From Candidatus Xenobia bacterium (GTDB lineage Bacteria > Vulcanimicrobiota > Xenobia > Xenobiales > QWHO01), in assembly GCA_045863235.1 (NCBI GenBank), contig BTUM01000024.1, positions 24,820 to 88,819 of the forward strand: DNA of 64,000 nucleotides, read 5' to 3'. The stretch's first letter is position 1. The number at the start of each line of letters is the position of its first letter. Shown here in pieces: positions 20,441 to 29,460 of this stretch. Both the position numbers and the translations under genes were made by a program. The notes under the pieces were generated by a model, which saw nothing but the letters and a program-made list of their open reading frames with translations, was not told the origin of the DNA and did not search any database.

Positions 20441-22173
20441 TGAACCCTCCGCAGGGAGTAGAGCTGGAACTGCCCGTAAGTGTGCAGAGCCTGCAGGTAC
20501 GAGGGATCATACTCCAGGTTCAGGCTGAAGAATCCCGTCCCCTGGAATTCCATGGACTGCGGATCGGGGGGCGGGAACTGCACCAGGGAGCCGTTCTGGA
20601 GATTGGCTTCCTCCTCATAGACCCGAACCGCCCCCCCCCCGATGACCAGGCCTCCCCGGATCGTGAACTGCTTGAGTTGCTGCGCCGTACCCGTGCCCAG
20701 GGTCACGCTGCGCATCTCGGGATAGAACAGGGCGCTGTCGCGGACCACGATGAGACCGCGGTAGTCCCCGCTGGCCTTCATCAGAAGCCGCTGGCAGTAG
20801 ATCACCATGCCCTGGTCGACGGCGTCGAGCATGCCGCCGTCGATGGTCAGGGTGCCCCGCACCACCAGCGTGGCATTGCTGCCGATGAGAAGAGGCTGGG
20901 GATTGTTGCCCACGTCGGTCAGCGGGCCGCTGAGATCGAGGTCGCCGTCCACGAACAGGCGCGCGTTCTTGAGCATCAGCCGGGAGGGGCGAATCCGGAC
21001 TTCGCGGTCATCGGTCACCACCAGGGGCCGGGGGATGTAACGGTTGCCCATGGAGCCCTCCACCACGAAGGCCGAGCCGATGGCGTATTGAGCCGAAGGA
21101 TCGCGCTCATGATCGGCTGGGGGGGCGTCCTGGATGGCCAGGCTCTGGTTCATCAGGTAGAACGGCCTGCCTTCACGCCGGAAAAGGAGCTGGCGCCCCT
21201 GGCTGTCGGTCTCCGAATTGATCAGCGCGTCCCCGGAGGAGCGGATCAGGAAGTTCCAGTCACTGGGGACGCCCGGTCCGCCGGTGATGCTATTGAGAAA
21301 GTCGGAGGGAAACTCCAGGTCGACCCGGGACGTTCCCCTCCAGGTATTCCCTCCGCCCACGGCCACTCTTGGCTGGCCCGCAAGGGGGTCGCGTTTGACG
21401 AAGTCCACGTTTCCGATCAGGCGATTGCCGGTGCTCCAGGACAGGCTCGAGCTCGGATCGCGACGCCCCCCGATGGTCACGCCCGCATGCTCGAGGGCGG
21501 AGATGTGGCTCCCCACTCCCTGCATCTGGTCGGCGGACAGGGCCAGCGGATAGCGATGCAGGGGCTCGCCCTCGACCCGGGGGAAGCACAGCAGATTCCC
21601 GGTGACCGAGGAGCCGGGCCCCGGGCTGGTCCCGATCCGGTTGGCAGCCAGGGCGACCGGCTCGGAGCTGGCCAGAACGTAGGGCCAGCGCTTCTGGACC
21701 AGGGCATCGAACCACTGCACCCTCGGACCCGCTTTGACTCGGATGAGAAGTTGGGCCGAGTAGGGCGGAACCGACTTCGCGTCGCCCTGGTCGAGACAGC
21801 TGCGCGCAAAGAGCGAGTTCTGGGAATTGTCCAGAGAGTAGTAACCGCTTTCCCGGTGAGGGGTGAAGCCGATGGCCACCTCGCCCCCGAGTCGCTGCGA
21901 GTCCCGAGCGCCGAACAGGTTCTGCCAGTGGTAGCGCTGGGACAGGCTCTGGCCCGACAGCGGGTCGTCGGGCTGGTCTCGGCGCCGCTCTGCATCGATA
22001 AACTGGGACAGCGCCGCGCGGGCAAGCTGCTCGCTCTGGGCGTGCTCGCGGAAGTTGCGGGCAAAGTCGAGCTGGGTGAGACAGAAGCTGGCCACCAGCA
22101 GGCAGAAGGCCAGCAACAGCACGGATCCGGCCAGAACCGTCGCCACCGCCACCCCGCGCCGCCCGAACTTCAT
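20437..22173 (-). CDS. Large PilX/GspK-like minor pilin-type protein
   Basis: MKFGRRG|VAVATVLAGSVLLL N-terminus; beta-rich C-terminus. Confidence 0.6.
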   Translation of the reverse strand: MKFGRRGVAVATVLAGSVLLLAFCLLVASFCLTQLDFARNFREHAQSEQLARAALSQFIDAERRRDQPDDPLSGQSLSQRYHWQNLFGARDSQRLGGEVAIGFTPHRESGYYSLDNSQNSLFARSCLDQGDAKSVPPYSAQLLIRVKAGPRVQWFDALVQKRWPYVLASSEPVALAANRIGTSPGPGSSVTGNLLCFPRVEGEPLHRYPLALSADQMQGVGSHISALEHAGVTIGGRRDPSSSLSWSTGNRLIGNVDFVKRDPLAGQPRVAVGGGNTWRGTSRVDLEFPSDFLNSITGGPGVPSDWNFLIRSSGDALINSETDSQGRQLLFRREGRPFYLMNQSLAIQDAPPADHERDPSAQYAIGSAFVVEGSMGNRYIPRPLVVTDDREVRIRPSRLMLKNARLFVDGDLDLSGPLTDVGNNPQPLLIGSNATLVVRGTLTIDGGMLDAVDQGMVIYCQRLLMKASGDYRGLIVVRDSALFYPEMRSVTLGTGTAQQLKQFTIRGGLVIGGGAVRVYEEEANLQNGSLVQFPPPDPQSMEFQGTGFFSLNLEYDPSYLQALHTYGQFQLYSLRRVH

Positions 22174-22186
22174 GTCCCGAAATGTA

Positions 22187-25100
22187 TCATAAAGTCGGAT
22201 CAACTTCTCGAATGCGGGGGATGGCACCGGCTTCTTGCAGGCAACGCTCCACGGCCTCGCGGTGCTTCTCGGCCAGAACAGGGTCGCGCACCTGGAAGTA
22301 GGCGGCCAGCAGCCGGTGCGAGTTGGCCTGCTCGAGCGGATTCTGGAGCACCTCGAAGGTTTCCAGGGCTTCCTGGTAGGCTGCCAGTGCCTCCTCCTGG
22401 CGACCGGCGCGGTCCGCCATCTCGCCCTCGAGCCGGCGCAGGATGGCTTCAAACAGGGGATAGAGTCCGCTGCTTTCAATTCGGGCCGCCTTGATCCGTT
22501 GCGTGGCCTTCTCGCGGCCAGCCCGGTCGCGGGCCAGGCGCACCGTGGCGCAGGCCTCCAGCAGGCGCGATTCGGCCATGTAGTAAGGCGCGTGGCGAAG
22601 TTTACAGGTTCGCGTCGAGGTCTCGCCGCACTCCAGGGCGTCCTGCCAGCAGCCCTCGGCGAAATAGGTCCAGCCCCGGGCCAGCTCGATGAGCATCGTC
22701 AGGAACGGCAGGCTCAGCTTGCGCGCGCGCCGCTCTGCCTGGGCCAGGTGGCGGTTGGCCTCGGCCACCTCGCCCCGCAGGGCGGCGATGTGGCCCATGT
22801 TGATCAGGCTCAGCATGAAGTCGACCTTGCTGGAGGTCGATTCGGCATACTCGCGGGCTTTGAGGGCATGGTGAAAGGCTTCGTCCAGCCGCCCGCGGTA
22901 GCGCGAGATAAGCTGCAGCACAGTGTGGTTGAGGGCCAGTCCATGAATGTCGCCCAGTCGCTGGGATAGCTCCAGGGCCTGCATCTCCAGAACCAGGGCG
23001 TTGCGCACGTCGCCTACCACGAACAGTAGATAGCCCGACTCGCGCAGGAAGGCGGCCTTTTGCAGCGAGTCACCCAGCTCGCGGGCCATGTCGGCGGCCA
23101 CCCGCAGCTGGCGCCTGGCGTGCGGCATCATCACGCGCGGAAAGAACAAGATGGAGTAGCCCGAGAACAGCTTGGCCTGGCCGGCCGCCTCGCGGCTGTT
23201 GAGCACGCGAGCGATGAACTGCTGGCGTAAGGACATATCCAGGGTGTCCAGGACCCACCCCTCCGGGCGCAGGAAGAAGAGCACCCGGGTGAGTCGCTCG
23301 AGCACGCGCTCCATCTCGTCGGTGCGGCGAAGGTCCTTGCGGTAACCGGGCACGACCGCCTTCTTGCGCAGAAACTGGCCCAGCTGGCGGAACGGAATGC
23401 CGATGGTGGCCAGGAAGCTCATGGAGGGGAGCTTGATGCCCAGCTGCTTGAGAGCGTCTTTGAGGCAGCGCTGGGCCTGGCGCAGGTCGCCCAGGCGCTC
23501 CCAGCAGGTGCCCAGCTTGCGCAGCAGGCGGGCGTGCTCGAGCGAGTCCTTCACCCCCCCCAGCAGCCAGGTGTAGGTCTCCAGCGCCATTTCCGTCAGT
23601 CCCGCCCCGTAGTTGGCGTCGGCCAGCTTCTCCTGCAGCTCGCGACGGCTGAGCACCGTCTCCACCTCGGGTATGTCCAGGGCGCGCTGGTAAAGGTCGG
23701 CCGCCTCGAGGTAAGCGAAGGCCTGGGCGGAAGCGTCGCCGGCTCGCACGAGGTGGATGACGGCTTGCGAGCCCTGGCCGCTGAGCCGGTAGTGATGAGC
23801 CAGGCGGGCCGCCTGGCGCTCGGGGTTGGCCAGGCCCTCGAGGGCCCGCGCGGCCCGAGCGTGCAGGTCGACCTGCAGGTCGGCCGGGGTGCCCTCCAGG
23901 AGCACTTCCAGGATGGGCTGGTTGTAAAAGGTGAGAAAGCCGCGTTCGCGGGCCTCGGTCAGGATCTTGCGCCCGACCAGGCGCTCGACCCGGTCGATCA
24001 GCTCCTCCTGGGGGATATTCCACGCCCGGGCCAGCACCTCGAACTCGAAGGTGCGCCCCAGGACCGCGGCCTGACGGGCCACCCGGAGATCGCCGGGGTC
24101 AAGACCGGCCAGGCGGCGCTCCACGGCGTCTCGCACGGTCACCGGAATACGGCTGCCCCCGGCCGAGGTGCGCGGCAGAGCGGTGGATTCCAGGTTCCAC
24201 GAGCCCCGATCCAGGCGCAAGCGCCCTTCGGCCACGAAAGTCTTGAGGATTTCGGCGATGAACAGCGGGTTGCCCTCGGTCTCGTGAAACAACCGCGCCT
24301 GGGTCTCCGGCTCTACCGTGCCCTGCCCCAGCATCGAGCTGACCACGGCCGCCGTCTGCTCCTGGCTCAGCGGGTCCAGGGGAATCTCGTCCATCCCCTC
24401 CAGGCGCACCAGGGAGGCTCGCACTCGCATGAAGGCATCATTGGAGCCGACCAGCTCGTCGCGACAGCTGGTGACGATGGCGATGGGCAGCGACTCCTCG
24501 GCCTGCCCCAGCAAGCTCCGCCCTGCGTAGTGCAGGAATTCGAGGCTGGCCGGGTCGGCCCACTGCAGGTCTTCGAGAAAGACGACCAGCCCCCGATGGC
24601 TGGCCATGCGGGCCAGCAGGCGTACCATTCCCTCAAAGAGGTGGAATTTCAGCAGCGGATCCTCGCGGTCCACATGGGGCTCGCCCAACTCGGGAAAGAG
24701 TACCGATAAGGCGTCGCGGAAAACCTCCAGTTCCGCAGGCAGACCGTTCTTGAGGCTGCGCCTGAGAATGCGAATCCAGGGGTTGTAGGGAAGGGCCTCC
24801 ACCTCGTTGCCGTAGCCCCAGACGCACGCCAGGCCGAGCGAGCGGGCCTGACCGGCCAACTCCTGGAGAAAGCGAGTCTTACCCACCCCGCTGACGCCTT
24901 CTACCAGCACGAGTGCGCCGCGCTCGTGCAGCCGGTCGAGCCGCTCGAGCACCTGACGCAGCTCCTGGTCTCGTCCCACGAAGCGGGGGGTGAAAAGCTG
25001 CTCGGGCGGGGAGGCGTGAGCGACCGGCAGTGGCTCGGGGCCGATCAGGTCGACCGGGGTGCCAAAGGCGTGGTTGAGCTCCTCCAGGAGCTCGGCGGCG

Positions 25101-25933
25101 CTCTGGAAGCGGTCGGCTGGCTCCTTCTCGAGCAAGCGCATGGTCATCTCCACCACCGGCTGTGGCAGCCAGGGACAGTGCTGGTGAAGCGGCACCGGGG
25201 GCTCGTGGAGGATGGCGTAGAGCACCGACACGAGCTCGGGCGAGTCGAATGGCAGCCGCCCGCTCAAGAGCTCGTAGAGGATGACGCCAAGACTGTAGAG
25301 GTCGGTGCGTGAGTCGAGCTCGTGCCCCGCGATTTGCTCCGGCGACATGTAGTGCACCGTCCCGATCACCGTGCCTGGCTCGGTGAACGTGCTGGCTTCG
25401 CGACGTCGGGCCAGGCCGAAGTCGAGCAACCGGGGGGTGCCGCTGGGATCGATGAGGATGTTCTCCGGCTTGAGGTCGCGGTGGATGATGTTGTGTTGAT
25501 GGATGTAGGCCAGCCCCTCGGTCAGCCGCGCAATCAGGGTTCCCAGCCGGGCTAGCCAGGCCTCTCGGGTGGGCCGCTCTCGCTCGCGGTTCAAGAAGTC
25601 GCGGATATTGGGGCCGGCTACCAGCTCCATGGTGTAGTAGGGCTGGTTGTCCACCACTCCCTTGTCGAACACGGCCACCAGGGACGGGTGCTCCAGCCCC
25701 CGCACGACCTCGAACTCGCGCTCGAAGCGCAGCTTGTCGAGCAAGGTCACCGCCACGGCCGTGCGCAGGAGCTTGAGGGCGACTTCCCGCCCCGTTTCAG
25801 GCTCGGCCACGCGGTAGACCCAGCCCATCCCCCCGTGTCCGAGGAACTCGAGCACGGCGTGGCCGTCGATCGACTCGGGATGGTCCATTTGGCCCACTTG
25901 TTCGGGCGCGGCGCCCCCCAGGCCTTTTTGCAT
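22187..25933 (-). CDS. Ser/Thr protein kinase fused to AAA (STAND-like) ATPase and TPR repeats
   Basis: LGHGGMG, VALK, HRDLKPEN, DFG, YMSPE; GVSGVGKT, LEDLQWAD, TEGNPLF; helical repeats. Confidence 0.92.
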   Translation of the reverse strand: MQKGLGGAAPEQVGQMDHPESIDGHAVLEFLGHGGMGWVYRVAEPETGREVALKLLRTAVAVTLLDKLRFEREFEVVRGLEHPSLVAVFDKGVVDNQPYYTMELVAGPNIRDFLNRERERPTREAWLARLGTLIARLTEGLAYIHQHNIIHRDLKPENILIDPSGTPRLLDFGLARRREASTFTEPGTVIGTVHYMSPEQIAGHELDSRTDLYSLGVILYELLSGRLPFDSPELVSVLYAILHEPPVPLHQHCPWLPQPVVEMTMRLLEKEPADRFQSAAELLEELNHAFGTPVDLIGPEPLPVAHASPPEQLFTPRFVGRDQELRQVLERLDRLHERGALVLVEGVSGVGKTRFLQELAGQARSLGLACVWGYGNEVEALPYNPWIRILRRSLKNGLPAELEVFRDALSVLFPELGEPHVDREDPLLKFHLFEGMVRLLARMASHRGLVVFLEDLQWADPASLEFLHYAGRSLLGQAEESLPIAIVTSCRDELVGSNDAFMRVRASLVRLEGMDEIPLDPLSQEQTAAVVSSMLGQGTVEPETQARLFHETEGNPLFIAEILKTFVAEGRLRLDRGSWNLESTALPRTSAGGSRIPVTVRDAVERRLAGLDPGDLRVARQAAVLGRTFEFEVLARAWNIPQEELIDRVERLVGRKILTEARERGFLTFYNQPILEVLLEGTPADLQVDLHARAARALEGLANPERQAARLAHHYRLSGQGSQAVIHLVRAGDASAQAFAYLEAADLYQRALDIPEVETVLSRRELQEKLADANYGAGLTEMALETYTWLLGGVKDSLEHARLLRKLGTCWERLGDLRQAQRCLKDALKQLGIKLPSMSFLATIGIPFRQLGQFLRKKAVVPGYRKDLRRTDEMERVLERLTRVLFFLRPEGWVLDTLDMSLRQQFIARVLNSREAAGQAKLFSGYSILFFPRVMMPHARRQLRVAADMARELGDSLQKAAFLRESGYLLFVVGDVRNALVLEMQALELSQRLGDIHGLALNHTVLQLISRYRGRLDEAFHHALKAREYAESTSSKVDFMLSLINMGHIAALRGEVAEANRHLAQAERRARKLSLPFLTMLIELARGWTYFAEGCWQDALECGETSTRTCKLRHAPYYMAESRLLEACATVRLARDRAGREKATQRIKAARIESSGLYPLFEAILRRLEGEMADRAGRQEEALAAYQEALETFEVLQNPLEQANSHRLLAAYFQVRDPVLAEKHREAVERCLQEAGAIPRIREVDPTL

Positions 25934-25994
25934 GGAATTTTCAGGCTGCAGGGGTAGATTGAGTCCAGCAGATCACTGAAAGGGAACTGAGACG

Positions 25995-26396
25995 ATGAGC
26001 AGCCTGGCCACAGCCCTCGCCCCCGCCCCCCGCGCCGTCCGCCCCCGCGGAATGCGCCGTCTGGCCTACCTCCTCATCGTGCGCGGCACCGCACTGACCC
26101 TGGCCCTGTTCGGCCTGGTGGCGGGCCTGGTTCTCGGTCCGCTGTTCGCGATCGCCGCCGCCTTCGGGTGGGGTCGCGCCGAGGGCGCCCAGCAGCTGGT
26201 GCCCGGCCCGGGCGCCTGGGTGGCTCATCAGGTGCGCGCTCGTTACGCCAACCCATTTCTGGCCATTCCCGGAGCGATGATGGCCGGCGCCGCCGCCGGC
26301 CTGGTAACCGGCCCGTTCTGGTTCGACTTCCTGGGCTGGAGCCTGGGGCGCTTCGTGGGCGAGGCTCTCGCCTGTCGCTGCATCGAGCTTGACTAG
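25995..26396 (+). CDS. Hypothetical membrane protein
   Basis: Hydrophobic Gly/Ala-rich helices; divergent from kinase gene. Confidence 0.6.
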   Translation: MSSLATALAPAPRAVRPRGMRRLAYLLIVRGTALTLALFGLVAGLVLGPLFAIAAAFGWGRAEGAQQLVPGPGAWVAHQVRARYANPFLAIPGAMMAGAAAGLVTGPFWFDFLGWSLGRFVGEALACRCIELD

Positions 26397-26688
26397 AACG
26401 AGGCTCTCCTTTGGCAACCGGGCCACTCTGACTGCTCTGATCTGCTTTCAAGTCGGGGCCGGTTGCCTGCTCTTCAGCCTGGCCCATCGCTGGGGCTGGG
26501 ATGCGTTTGTCACTATCGCGATCTTTCTCGGGTTGGGCCTGCTGCAACTGTTCCTGGGAGGTTATCTGGTGTTGTCAGGCCCAAATCCGGCCCGGCTTGC
26601 TTCCCTGTTGGGCCTGACCTGGTTATTCAGCCTGTTGCTGACGGCTCTGGCTGCCTGGTGGGCCATCGAGCACGCCTCAGGCTGCTGA
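26389..26688 (+). CDS. Hypothetical 3-TM membrane protein
   Basis: Three hydrophobic segments; overlaps upstream stop. Confidence 0.55.
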   Translation: MTRTRLSFGNRATLTALICFQVGAGCLLFSLAHRWGWDAFVTIAIFLGLGLLQLFLGGYLVLSGPNPARLASLLGLTWLFSLLLTALAAWWAIEHASGC

Positions 26689-26700
26689 GTCTCGGACAAC

Positions 26701-26731
26701 AAAAAAGCCCGGCTCTTGCGAAACCGGGCTT
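26701..26731 (-). terminator. Intrinsic terminator of the Cys-rich peptide gene
   Basis: AAGCCCGG/CCGGGCTT stem with a 6-nt U tract on the - strand. Confidence 0.75.
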
Positions 26732-26749
26732 CTCCCGAGCAGGTCGGTC

Positions 26750-27148
26750 TTACTTTCCGTTGCAGCCGTCTTTCCCACTGCACTTGCCCTTGCCAGGGCA
26801 GCCGTCCTTGCCACTGCACTTGTCCTTGCCCGACTTGTCCATTCCCGAGCAGGCATTGGGTCCGGCACAAGCCATCTTGCCCTGGCAGCCGTCTTTGCCC
26901 TGGTCCTTGCCGCTGCACTTGCCGGAGCAGCCGTCCTTGCCGCTACACTTGCTCTTGCCGCTGCAGCCGTCTTTGCCCGAGCACTTGCTCTGGTCCTTGC
27001 CGCTACACTTTCCCGAGCAGCCGTCCTTGCCCGAGCACTGATCCTTCTCTTTTTCATTCTCTCGGGCTGCGGCAGGCAGCGCCGTGGCTCCGGCAACCAT
27101 TCCGGCCACGGCGGCGGCCATCATCTTGGTGAATTCCCTTCGATTCAT
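26750..27148 (-). CDS. Tat-exported Cys/Gly/Lys-rich repeat peptide
   Basis: MNRREF twin-arginine signal; CSGKDGCSGK repeats; 15 Cys; RBS and own terminator. Confidence 0.85.
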   Translation of the reverse strand: MNRREFTKMMAAAVAGMVAGATALPAAARENEKEKDQCSGKDGCSGKCSGKDQSKCSGKDGCSGKSKCSGKDGCSGKCSGKDQGKDGCQGKMACAGPNACSGMDKSGKDKCSGKDGCPGKGKCSGKDGCNGK

Positions 27149-27292
27149 CCTCTCGGGTCCTCCAGTAAGTTTTGTCGACCGCTCCTGTCTTCGCTGAAAT
27201 CTCCGGCCCTCAGGCGAATCGGTCGCCCCGCCGGTGAAGCGGTTCTCCGCACTTCACCCCATCCGAACCGACTCCTTCAGGTCCAAGGGGAG

Positions 27293-27318
27293 AACGCCAC
27301 GGGCGGCCAATTGGTTGC
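27293..27318 (-). promoter_or_regulatory. Putative ECF sigma promoter
   Basis: GCAACC-N16-CGTT on - strand upstream of the Cys-rich gene. Confidence 0.4.
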
Positions 27319-27323
27319 CTGGC

Positions 27324-27553
27324 TCAAGGTTCGAGCTGGCGGATGCGCAGCTCCTGAAACCCGGTAGCCGGGTCTTCCTGGCGGGTGAACTCGAGCCCCT
27401 CTAATTCGAGCACTCTCGGGCCAGGCGCATCAACTCGGTCTTCAGGTCCTGACCTGGCAAAAGGCGCAGTGCGATGGCCCGAGAGCCGGTAGCAGCCGCC
27501 TCCTCGGCTTGCACCGGCAGAAAGAGCAGCAGGGCCAATAGCAGGAAAATCAC
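27324..27553 (-). pseudogene. PPC/DUF296 gene with internal deletion and frameshift
   Basis: N-terminal ALRLLPGQDLKTEL joined out of frame to C-terminal LELEGLEFTRQEDPATGFQELRI; domain core absent. Confidence 0.75.
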
Positions 27554-27555
27554 CT

Positions 27556-28191
27556 TCAGATCGTCCCGATGGGCTGGAGCTTGAGCCCTCCGTCGGAACC
27601 GCGGGTCATCCAGTAGACGGTTCCGCACTTGAGCTTGATCGAGAGCGGTGCGCCTCCATCGGTGGGCTTGAGGGTGACATCGACCACCTCGCCCGCGGTG
27701 CGGGCCGCCCCGATCGAGAGATAGTTGCAATTGTTGTTGTGGTCGGGCCCTGGAATGGTCCAGTCGTTGGAGGTCGTGAAATCGGAAAAGCTCACGTCGG
27801 CCTTCACCGGGATGCCGGTGCCGTTGAGGATGCGGGGATGGGCATCGCGCGCCTGACCGCCCTGATACTCCCCGATGTAGGTGTAAATGTAAGGATTCCA
27901 CTTGTGGATGACGTAGATGCGCCCCGACTCGACCGAGGCCCGATATTGCTCGGCTCCGTCGGGGGACTTCACGACCAGCATCTCCGTTTCGAGCGCCGGG
28001 CTCTTGGGGCCCACGTTCAACTCAATGGTGGGCTGGGCGGGCAATTTGACGTTGGTGACCTGGCCTCGTTGGGACAGCAGATCGATCACCAGCTCTTGAC
28101 CGGTTCCGTTAATCACCTTGACCTCTGCCCTGGCCACGCCAGCGCAACCCATGACGACCAGGCCTGCCACCAACCAGTGATGTGCCCGCAT
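27556..28191 (-). CDS. Secreted hypothetical protein
   Basis: AAGGAGG RBS, signal peptide ending ARA, two weakly repeated NGTG modules. Confidence 0.7.
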   Translation of the reverse strand: MRAHHWLVAGLVVMGCAGVARAEVKVINGTGQELVIDLLSQRGQVTNVKLPAQPTIELNVGPKSPALETEMLVVKSPDGAEQYRASVESGRIYVIHKWNPYIYTYIGEYQGGQARDAHPRILNGTGIPVKADVSFSDFTTSNDWTIPGPDHNNNCNYLSIGAARTAGEVVDVTLKPTDGGAPLSIKLKCGTVYWMTRGSDGGLKLQPIGTI

Positions 28192-28297
28192 ATGGTTACC
28201 TCCTTGCGCGATTTCGCGGGGGGGTTCGCGACCACTTCGAGGGAGGCCTGTCCTCGAAGTTCTTCTCCGCCTCTGGTGAAGGAGGACTCCTTAGAAA

Positions 28298-28334
28298 AGT
28301 CTGTAGTGCAAAATTCTGGTCTGCACTACAGACT
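28298..28334. repeat. Perfect 13-bp inverted repeat
   Basis: AGTCTGTAGTGCA-N11-TGCACTACAGACT. Confidence 0.8.
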
Positions 28335-28505
28335 CAGGTGGATCTCACCGGGATCTTGGATGGATCGTCCGGCCCGGGGTATTGTCATGTCAGGAGGTCG
28401 CCCTCGGGCCGCCTCCCCGGAACCCTCCAGAATCGTCACCCTGTCGCCACCTGATCCGGCTGGATCGGGTCTTTTCTTTTTCCGAACGTCTCCCGAGCCA
28501 AACGG

Positions 28506-28547
28506 CTGATCTCGATCATACTCGGGTTTCGACCCGCTTTGTAGGAT
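28506..28547 (+). promoter_or_regulatory. CRP/FNR-type box plus -10 element (hsp20)
   Basis: CTGATCTCGATCAT, 22-nt gap, TAGGAT. Confidence 0.65.
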
Positions 28548-28595
28548 CGGTTCGGGAAGCATGGATGCTTCACGATATCAAGGAGGACGTGGTCT

Positions 28596-29078
28596 ATGGC
28601 GAGTGAGATGCTAACCAAAGCCGAACCCAAGCAGGATCTGGTGCCCATGTGGCCCGATTTCGAGCAGTTCCGAACCGAGATGCAAAAGATGATGGGGGAG
28701 ATGTTCAGCCGCAGCTTGTGGCCGAGCATGGCCTCGATGCAGATGCCGGCCATGCGTCCGGCGCTCAACCTGTTCAAAGAGAACTCCAACCTGGTGGCCG
28801 AGTTGGCCGTGCCGGGACTGGCCAAGAAAGACCTCCACATCACGATCAGCGATCAGCTTCTGACCGTCGAGGGAGAGTTCAAGAAGGAAGAGAAGACGAA
28901 GAAGGATCAGACTTACGTCTCCGAGTGCTATACCGGAAAGTTCTCCCGCAGCACGCGGCTTCCGGCCGAGGTCAACTCGAAGAAAGCCCAGGCCGAGCTC
29001 AAGGACGGCATGCTGCGCGTCATCATGCCGCTGGCTGACCCGGGCCGCCACGAAACGACCAGGATCGAAGTCAAGTAG
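28596..29078 (+). CDS. Hsp20/alpha-crystallin small heat shock protein
   Basis: AAGGAGG RBS; VPGL, LTVEGE, GKFSRSTRLP, AELKDGMLRV. Confidence 0.92.
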   Translation: MASEMLTKAEPKQDLVPMWPDFEQFRTEMQKMMGEMFSRSLWPSMASMQMPAMRPALNLFKENSNLVAELAVPGLAKKDLHITISDQLLTVEGEFKKEEKTKKDQTYVSECYTGKFSRSTRLPAEVNSKKAQAELKDGMLRVIMPLADPGRHETTRIEVK

Positions 29079-29151
29079 ATTTCGAGGGACGCCAGGACCT
29101 GGACTGGCGCAATAGACTGATCGGCACGGCAAATCCGTCCCGCCTGACAGA

Positions 29152-29190
29152 GCGCGCGGCGCCGGGACCTTCTCGGCGCCGCTCGCATTT
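29152..29190 (+). terminator. GC-rich hairpin after hsp20
   Basis: GCGCGCGGCGCCGGGA-CCT-TCTCGGCGCCGCTCGC then ATTT. Confidence 0.5.
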
Positions 29191-29220
29191 CTCTCGACTG
29201 CTCCCGTCTCGCTGAGTTCT

Positions 29221-29262
29221 CTGACCTGGATCATTTCCCGTGACCTGGTCAAGAGGCATACT
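29221..29262 (+). promoter_or_regulatory. CRP/FNR-type box plus -10 element (small ORF-lon-usp)
   Basis: CTGACCTGGATCAT, 22-nt gap, CATACT. Confidence 0.65.
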
Positions 29263-29307
29263 GAGCCCAGAGAAAAGCGCCAGCGGCGCAGAGAGGCAGG
29301 CCGCCAA

Positions 29308-29457
29308 ATGACCATCTTCTCCAGCGTGGAAGCCGCCCTGTGGCACGGCTTCATCTGGTTCGAGTTCGACCGCCGCCTGGGCTTGCACGTGGTGGTGCGC
29401 GATGACCGACGGGTCGATGGCCGACGGGTCCGAGCCCTGGCCTTCGCGCGGGCCTGA
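29308..29457 (+). CDS. 49-aa small protein absent from the ORF track
   Basis: MTIFSSVEAALWHGFIWFEFDRRLGLHVVVRDDRRVDGRRVRALAFARA; GAGAGG upstream; stop 3 nt before lon ATG. Confidence 0.6.
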   Translation: MTIFSSVEAALWHGFIWFEFDRRLGLHVVVRDDRRVDGRRVRALAFARA

Positions 29458-29460
29458 GCC

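Noticed and set aside
20098..22494. 798-aa + strand ORF
   Set aside because: Antisense to the pilin-like genes; typical of high-GC DNA
26750..27040. Repeats as a possible CRISPR array
   Set aside because: In-frame degenerate coding repeats with no unique spacers and no cas genes
29120..29150. GGCAAA motif as a c-di-GMP-I riboswitch
   Set aside because: No GNRA-capped P2 stem or GACGCAAAGC segment
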